Below the pieces are notes generated by a model. That model saw only the letters and a program-made list of their open reading frames with translations, was not told where the DNA came from and did no database searches. 54,035 nt of DNA from Thermoproteota archaeon (GTDB taxonomy: Archaea; Korarchaeota; Korarchaeia; B14-G2): assembly GCA_037917675.1 (NCBI GenBank), contig JAVCBW010000057.1, positions 1-54,035 on the forward strand, written 5' to 3'. A program made the position numbers and the translations under genes. Below, piece after piece: positions 48,591 to 54,035 of this stretch (the first letter of the stretch is position 1; each line of letters opens with the position of its first letter).

Positions 48591-48678
48591 GCTTATCAGC
48601 CTGCTTGCTGTTGAGCTAGGCTGCATTGTAGTTGACTGTAGGTCAGTTGGTGAAGCTAGCAGCCTCCTATGTGTGTTG

Positions 48679-49218
48679 CTAGGTTTTGTGGCTTTCAAGC
48701 TCGGTTATGGCAGCTGATATGAAGCTTTCGACTCCGCATAGCCTTTCAACTATGTTTCTCTCAGGGCTGGTTTGCTTGAGGATTCTGAGTATTACTTCTC
48801 TGAGCTCTGTTAGCTCTCTGGTGTCCTCGGCTAGGTAGGCTTTGAGGGCTCTGGATGTGAGCTCTCCCTCGAGCTTAGCTATGTTTTCGTCGCTTAGGCT
48901 GGCAGCCAGCTTCTCTATGTCCTCAGATGGCTCTCTTGGCTTAAGCATCTGAGCTAGGACACAGGACATTCCAGCTAGCTGCATCACATAGATTCTAGCA
49001 CCTAGCTCTCCTGTGTCAGCATAGGGCTCAAGCATCACCTTAGCCTCATCGACGACATCCTTTACCTCAGTGACTCTAGCTAGGTCTCCTCTCCTATAGG
49101 CTCTGAGGGCTTCACCAGCTAGAGTATACTGGAGCCAGTATATCCTTAGGAGCTTCAGCCCTCTAGCCTGCTCAACGATGTCTTCAGCAGTAATCAAGTA
49201 CTCGCCTACTGTAATCAA
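48679..49218 (-). CDS. Hypothetical alpha-helical protein
   Basis: Host-like codon usage, GGGGG RBS-like stretch, TTATAA upstream; no family recognised. Confidence 0.65.
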   Translation of the reverse strand: MITVGEYLITAEDIVEQARGLKLLRIYWLQYTLAGEALRAYRRGDLARVTEVKDVVDEAKVMLEPYADTGELGARIYVMQLAGMSCVLAQMLKPREPSEDIEKLAASLSDENIAKLEGELTSRALKAYLAEDTRELTELREVILRILKQTSPERNIVERLCGVESFISAAITELESHKT

Positions 49219-49425
49219 GTAGCCCCCTAGCCCTAGAGGCTTCAGCTTATAAGCTATAGCCCTGCTGGCATGTGATGCTAGAGCTCAAGAGCATGGTATG
49301 CTATGCTTAATAATGCTGGTAGCTGCTGGAGCATGCTCTCCACTTGGCCTCGAGGAGCTAGGTGGGAGCTCACATTGGAGCTCTCCTCTATGGTGAGTCT
49401 GGAGGCATCAGATCAGGTCTGCTAG

Positions 49426-49998
49426 GTGTTAGGGTTGAGGTATGGTGAGCTTAGAGGCTTGAAGACGCTGATAGTGGGTGAGGTTGGGTCAGGTAAGACT
49501 GCTCTCACTGCTTCTCTTCTAGCTCAGGCTCTTGAAGCTGAGCCTATCGATGCTATCACAGTACTGGACTTTGCTCCAGAGAGCTTTATGGTGAGAGGTA
49601 TCAGGGTAGGTGGTGTCATAAGTGAGTACATTCAGCTGCCAGGGGGCCTCAGGTATCTTAAGGCGAGGGTGAGAGGGCCGAGGCTTCAGTCTAGGAGCAG
49701 GGGAGAGGCTCTAGCTATAGCAGAGGAGAATGCTAGAGAGACTAGTAGGCTGCTGGAGGCATATGTCAGAGATCCTACTCCAGTGCTCTTCATCAATGAC
49801 TTGACGATACACCTGCATGCAGGAAGCGTGATGCTGGCTGCTAGAGCGCTAGAGGAGGCTCAGACTGCTGTGGTGAATGCCTACATGGGATCTAGGATAC
49901 CAGCTGAGCCTCCTGAGATAGCTAGGAGGGAGAGGAGGGGGGTAGCTGAGCTAGCTAAGGTTGTAGATGCTATCATAGAGCTTCTGCCTGTGTTTTAG
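49426..49998 (+). CDS. Small uncharacterised P-loop NTPase
   Basis: TLIVGEVGSGKT Walker A, VLDFAP, LFIND Walker B-like. Confidence 0.7.
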   Translation: MLGLRYGELRGLKTLIVGEVGSGKTALTASLLAQALEAEPIDAITVLDFAPESFMVRGIRVGGVISEYIQLPGGLRYLKARVRGPRLQSRSRGEALAIAEENARETSRLLEAYVRDPTPVLFINDLTIHLHAGSVMLAARALEEAQTAVVNAYMGSRIPAEPPEIARRERRGVAELAKVVDAIIELLPVF

Positions 49999-51431
49999 CC
50001 TGATAGCATATGCAGCTCAAGCTCACCCAGCTCGACTCTACCATCCCCATCTGAGTCAGCCCAGTGGATTATAGCCATGTAGCCCTGGATTTCTAGCGAC
50101 ACATACGCTAGGGCTGCAGCATATGTCCCGTATCTAGTGCAGCCCTCTAGCAGCATGATGCTCTCTCCCTCATGGATTATGTGAGCTAGCACAGCGTAGT
50201 CTTCTCTCCTCCACATGTGTCTCTTAAACTCGATGCTTCCACTAGGGTACTCTAGCCTCAGACCTCCCTCAGTCTCAGTGAACTCTATGCCAGCCAGCTC
50301 ATTCCACCTCTTGCACTCAGGGTTAGCTATAGGGCCTCCTATGAGCGTCTTGACGTGTGCTGTCTGAGAGGAGCCTCCAAGCCTCCTGACTATGAGGCAG
50401 CTAGCCTCATAGTCTGCTTGAGCTGGAGCCGTGACTACACCACGCCACTGAGCTAGCTTAGCTGCCTCTATGCTCAGGTCGCTTGCCTCAGTCAGCTTCA
50501 CGATGACATTGACGACTGCCATGATAGACCTCTCTAAGACCTCTGGCTTGATCGAGTTATCGACTGTGTCTCTTGGAGTATGGAAGTATGGATGCTGAAA
50601 GACGTCTTTCTCTGAGATGCATACAGCTGGGATACCTGAAGCCCAGAGTGGATAGCTATCTGAGAGTGGGTATGGTGCGAGCTCCCAGCTAGCTTCGACT
50701 CCAGCCTCCTGGATGAGCTCAGTGACGTCCTCAGCTAGCCTCATAGTCCTGTCGTCTAGAGGCCTACCCTTTACTCCAGCGAACACCACTAGAGGGTGGC
50801 TGTACCCTATCATGTCAAGCTGCACGTGAGCTACTGTCAGAGCAGCCTCGCCGGCATGGGCTTTAGCATAGGCTTCTGATCCAACTAGCCCTATTTCCTC
50901 TGCTGTGAAGAAGACAGCTCTGAGCGTGTACCTCAGCCTGAGAGCTCTCACTATCCTGAGGACCTCAAGCACTGCTACCACTCCACTTCCATCATCATCT
51001 GCACCAGGAGCTCTCCCCTCGAGAGGCTCCCAGGATATGCTATCATAGTGTGCTGTAAGCAAGACTGTCAGCCTGCTCTCACCCTTAACTTCACCTACCA
51101 CGTTATAGGAGGTATACTGTGAGCCCTGCCACATGTAGCTGACTTCCTCAAGCCAAGCTTCCACCCCAATCTCCCTAAGCTCTCCTAGGAGCCACCTTGC
51201 ACTCCTATTCACATCTGGCTCAAAGCACTTCCTACTATAGGATGTAAGCTCCCTTAGGTCCTTAATTGCATGCTCGACTCTAACAGCATAGACTAGTGGA
51301 GTAGCATATCCTCCAGCTAGAGAGAGGAGGAAGCTAGAGTAGAGCACTCCAGTCAAGGCCGCAGCTAGCAGAAGCCGCCTCACATAGGCACCATGAGGCG
51401 CAGGCCTCTGGAATATAACTATTTCGCCCAC
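49995..51431 (-). CDS. M28 family metallopeptidase with C-terminal S-layer-like domain
   Basis: N-terminal TM helix; AHYDS, GADDDGSG, AEEIGL.GS, LDMIG, SD, HTPRDT; C-terminal LIGGPIANP...EGCTRYGTYAA...W.DSDGDG. Confidence 0.85.
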   Translation of the reverse strand: MGEIVIFQRPAPHGAYVRRLLLAAALTGVLYSSFLLSLAGGYATPLVYAVRVEHAIKDLRELTSYSRKCFEPDVNRSARWLLGELREIGVEAWLEEVSYMWQGSQYTSYNVVGEVKGESRLTVLLTAHYDSISWEPLEGRAPGADDDGSGVVAVLEVLRIVRALRLRYTLRAVFFTAEEIGLVGSEAYAKAHAGEAALTVAHVQLDMIGYSHPLVVFAGVKGRPLDDRTMRLAEDVTELIQEAGVEASWELAPYPLSDSYPLWASGIPAVCISEKDVFQHPYFHTPRDTVDNSIKPEVLERSIMAVVNVIVKLTEASDLSIEAAKLAQWRGVVTAPAQADYEASCLIVRRLGGSSQTAHVKTLIGGPIANPECKRWNELAGIEFTETEGGLRLEYPSGSIEFKRHMWRREDYAVLAHIIHEGESIMLLEGCTRYGTYAAALAYVSLEIQGYMAIIHWADSDGDGRVELGELELHMLSG

Positions 51432-51584
51432 CTGCTCTCAGGTAGCGAGTAGACTGGGACCGCTGCATGCTTGTAGCCTTTAGCCTCCGTAGACATGTTT
51501 AAAGTGTAGTGAGAGGTGCTTTCCGCTACACGTGTAGCGAATGCTTTAAAAGTAGCGGAGGACCAGAGCAGCTGGTGCTATAGC

Positions 51585-51740
51585 ATGGAGGATGCTAGGA
51601 GGAGGCTTAAGGAGCTTGAGAGGAGGATAGAGGAGGTTGAGAGTGAGCTTGAGGACATTAGGGACAGGGTTGAGGAGCTTGAGAGCGAGCTTAGTGAGCT
51701 TAGAGGTGAGGTGAGAGAGATCAGAGAGGCCTTAGGCTAG
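51585..51740 (+). CDS. Small acidic coiled-coil protein
   Basis: MEDARRRLKELERRIEEVESELEDIRDRVEELESEL... heptad pattern; TTTAAA upstream. Confidence 0.6.
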   Translation: MEDARRRLKELERRIEEVESELEDIRDRVEELESELSELRGEVREIREALG

Positions 51741-51946
51741 CGCTAGCTGCATGAAGGCAGCGGAAGACTATAGAGCTATTGAGGGAGAGCCATGGCATGC
51801 AGCTGGCAGCCTCTTGGCTCCTGGCTTCAAAGGTACTGTAGTCTGAGTGGCCTGCTGAGCTGGGTTAGGCATGACTTCAGTGGGGGTATGGCTTAGAGGA
51901 TTGATTTGGTTCAGCAACGCTTTTAAGATGTAGCTGACACGCGTAT

Positions 51947-52603
51947 GTGGGGGGCATTTTGCTGTCTGAGGGGGATAGGAGAGCTATACAGGAGAGGTTT
52001 TTCTCGAAGTTGGAGGGTAAGGTGGCTTTACACTTCTTCACGATAGAGTTCGACTGCATGTACTGTGGTGAGATAGCTCAGCTGTATAGTGAGCTGGCAG
52101 AGCTTTCTCCTCTGCTTGAAGTTGTGGTGCATGACTTTGAGGAGGATAGGGATGCAGCTCGCCGCTTTGATGTGGATGTAGCACCCTGTACTGCTATAGT
52201 TGGGGAGAGGGACTATGGGCTGAGGTTCTATGGGATCCCAGCTGGCTATGAGTTTAGGAGCTTCCTCCAGGCTATAGTAGATGTCAGTAGAGGTAGGACA
52301 GAGCTCCCAGGTGAGGTCAGAGACAGAGCTAAGGCCCTTGGGAAGCCTGTTGAGCTTAAGGTGTTTGTCACACCAACTTGCCCATACTGCCCTCAGATGG
52401 CTCTAGCTGCATTCCAGCTTGCAGTTGAGTCAGATCTCGTTAGGGCTAAGGTCATTGAGGCAAGCGAGTTTCCTCAGCTAGCTTCTAAGTATGGTGTGAT
52501 GGCTGTCCCAAAGACTATAGTGAATGATTTAGCTGGCTTCGAGGGGGCTGTGCCAGCTTCAGTTCTAGTGGAGTTCATAGAGAGCGTGCTGGAGGGAGGT
52601 TAG
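51947..52603 (+). CDS. Protein disulfide oxidoreductase (PDO; glutaredoxin-like, two thioredoxin folds)
   Basis: CMYC and CPYC, FYGIPAGYEF, GVMAVP, FEGA.P. Confidence 0.92.
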   Translation: MGGILLSEGDRRAIQERFFSKLEGKVALHFFTIEFDCMYCGEIAQLYSELAELSPLLEVVVHDFEEDRDAARRFDVDVAPCTAIVGERDYGLRFYGIPAGYEFRSFLQAIVDVSRGRTELPGEVRDRAKALGKPVELKVFVTPTCPYCPQMALAAFQLAVESDLVRAKVIEASEFPQLASKYGVMAVPKTIVNDLAGFEGAVPASVLVEFIESVLEGG

Positions 52604-52642
52604 AGCCTCCTCAGGGCTCTGATAGCCTCTCATGCTAGTAGG

Positions 52643-53614
52643 CTACCCATATCTGGCTAAGATCTCTTTTAGCCTCTCATACTCTATGTTTCCTCCACTC
52701 AGAACTAGGGCTACCTTCTTCCCCTCAAGCTTCTCTCTGAGCTTCACTGCAGCTGCAGTTGAAGCTGCTCCAGCTCCCTCAGCAACCTGCCTGATCGACT
52801 TAAGTAGCAGGACTATGGCTCTAGCTATCTCCTCATCTTCTACCAGAATCATGTCATCAAGATGCTTCCACATGACTTCTAAGGTCAGCTTGAATGGTGC
52901 TCTGGTGGCGAGCCCTTCAGCGAAGGTTTCTACCCTATCCATCTTGACTGGCTTCCTGCTCTTCCATGAGAGGTATACGGCTGGAGCCCCTGCAGCCTGG
53001 ACCCCAACCACCTTTATATCAGGGTTTATCGACTTAGCTACTATGCATGCTGCTGAAGCACCGCTTCCACCTCCAACAGGGCATATGATGTAGTCTACGT
53101 CAGGTAGGTCCTCTAGTATCTCGAGGTATAGGGTTCCTACTCCAGCTATCAGCAGAGGCTCATCTCCAGAGTGTACGTATCTATACTCTCTTGCAGCAAC
53201 CTTCTCAGTCCACTCCTTAGCCTCATCATAGTCCCTGCCTTTAAACAGGACTCTGGCGCCCAGGTCTCTTATAGCCTCAACTTTATACGGGTTAGAGCCC
53301 TCAGGCACGACTATGGTAGCCTCTACCCCAAATAGAGACGCTGCATAAGCTATGGAGAGCCCATGGTTTCCAGTTGAGACAGCTATAACACCCCTCCTCT
53401 TCTCATCGTCTGAGAGCTTAGATATCAGGTTGACTCCACCTCTGACCTTGAAGGCTCCAGTAACCTGGATGTTCTCACACTTCACGTAGGCATCGAACCC
53501 AAGCTCCCTAGACAGGAGCTTAGAGTACATTAGAGGAGTCCTACGGAGGTGTCTACCAACAACCCTACGGGCTTCAATCACGTCTCTGAGTGATGGAGGC
53601 TGCATAGCCTCCAT
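52643..53614 (-). CDS. Threonine/serine dehydratase-family PLP enzyme (no regulatory domain)
   Basis: TPL, KCEN.Q.TGAFKVRGG, STGNHG, PVGGGSG, EGAGA, LSGGN. Confidence 0.9.
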   Translation of the reverse strand: MEAMQPPSLRDVIEARRVVGRHLRRTPLMYSKLLSRELGFDAYVKCENIQVTGAFKVRGGVNLISKLSDDEKRRGVIAVSTGNHGLSIAYAASLFGVEATIVVPEGSNPYKVEAIRDLGARVLFKGRDYDEAKEWTEKVAAREYRYVHSGDEPLLIAGVGTLYLEILEDLPDVDYIICPVGGGSGASAACIVAKSINPDIKVVGVQAAGAPAVYLSWKSRKPVKMDRVETFAEGLATRAPFKLTLEVMWKHLDDMILVEDEEIARAIVLLLKSIRQVAEGAGAASTAAAVKLREKLEGKKVALVLSGGNIEYERLKEILARYG

Positions 53615-53956
53615 CAGCCCTCCAAGTATAAAGAGTTAATCCATGTACCCTGCTGCTCTAGTGCTAAGCTCGGCAAGTATATGCCTAGAGAGACCCATCC
53701 TGAGCTTCTGCAGCGAAGCAAGCTCTCCTCGCCATTATTGGGGAGAAGGCTGTTCACCTATGGCGGAAGCTTGAGGGGAGCTCGCTTACAGCTTCAGAAA
53801 ATCAGGAGACGGTGCTAGCCAGTCTCTGCAGCCTACGTCGCTGATAGCAGGCTATGTCAGCTTACAGGTCTTTAGCTGAAGCAAGCTGCCTTGAGGCTCT
53901 AGGAGGTCGTCTTGGCAGCTGAAGGCACTTGGCAGCTCTCCTAGCTGAGCTCCAAG

Positions 53957-54035
53957 TCAGCTGGAGCATACCCTACCTCTCTCAACTCTCCTCCCATCTC
54001 CCACTATCCAGAAGTCTCCGTCCTCACGCTTCTCT
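53957..54035 (-). CDS. C-terminal end of a gene entering from beyond the window
   Basis: Open frame EKREDGDFWIVGDGRRVERGRVCSS* with host-like codons; product unknown. Confidence 0.3.
   Translation of the reverse strand, partial: EKREDGDFWIVGDGRRVERGRVCSS

Overview
A 54 kb stretch of an archaeal chromosome. AGG/AGA/CTA/ATA codon use, TATA-type promoters, TrpB2, PDO, AlaX-S and a Tk-subtilisin-like protease point to a thermophilic Thermoproteota-like host; this taxonomy is inferred. I found no rRNA, intact tRNA or CRISPR array. The left end has a tyrosine integrase with a C-terminal Zn ribbon, preceded by palindromes and repeats. The most interesting module is a stand-alone nurA-herA pair (no mre11/rad50 beside it) whose HerA has a mini-intein splitting its Walker A motif. 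It is transcribed divergently from a Csa3-like CARF-wHTH regulator. Metabolic genes include HAL, PMM/PGM, a type-1 IDI and TrpB2. A CobN/BchH plus ChlI-vWA chelatase operon is preceded by a 28-bp NikR-like palindrome and a small unannotated membrane ORF. About 28-40 kb is a decaying accessory region: GATase-less CobQ, a broken KaiC module, a coiled-coil PD-(D/E)XK nuclease, an EVE-nuclease fusion and an IS607 remnant. The right part holds a Liv-type ABC transporter, subtilisin, ThiW, an M28 peptidase, PDO and a threonine dehydratase. All family calls come from motif recognition by eye, not database searches.
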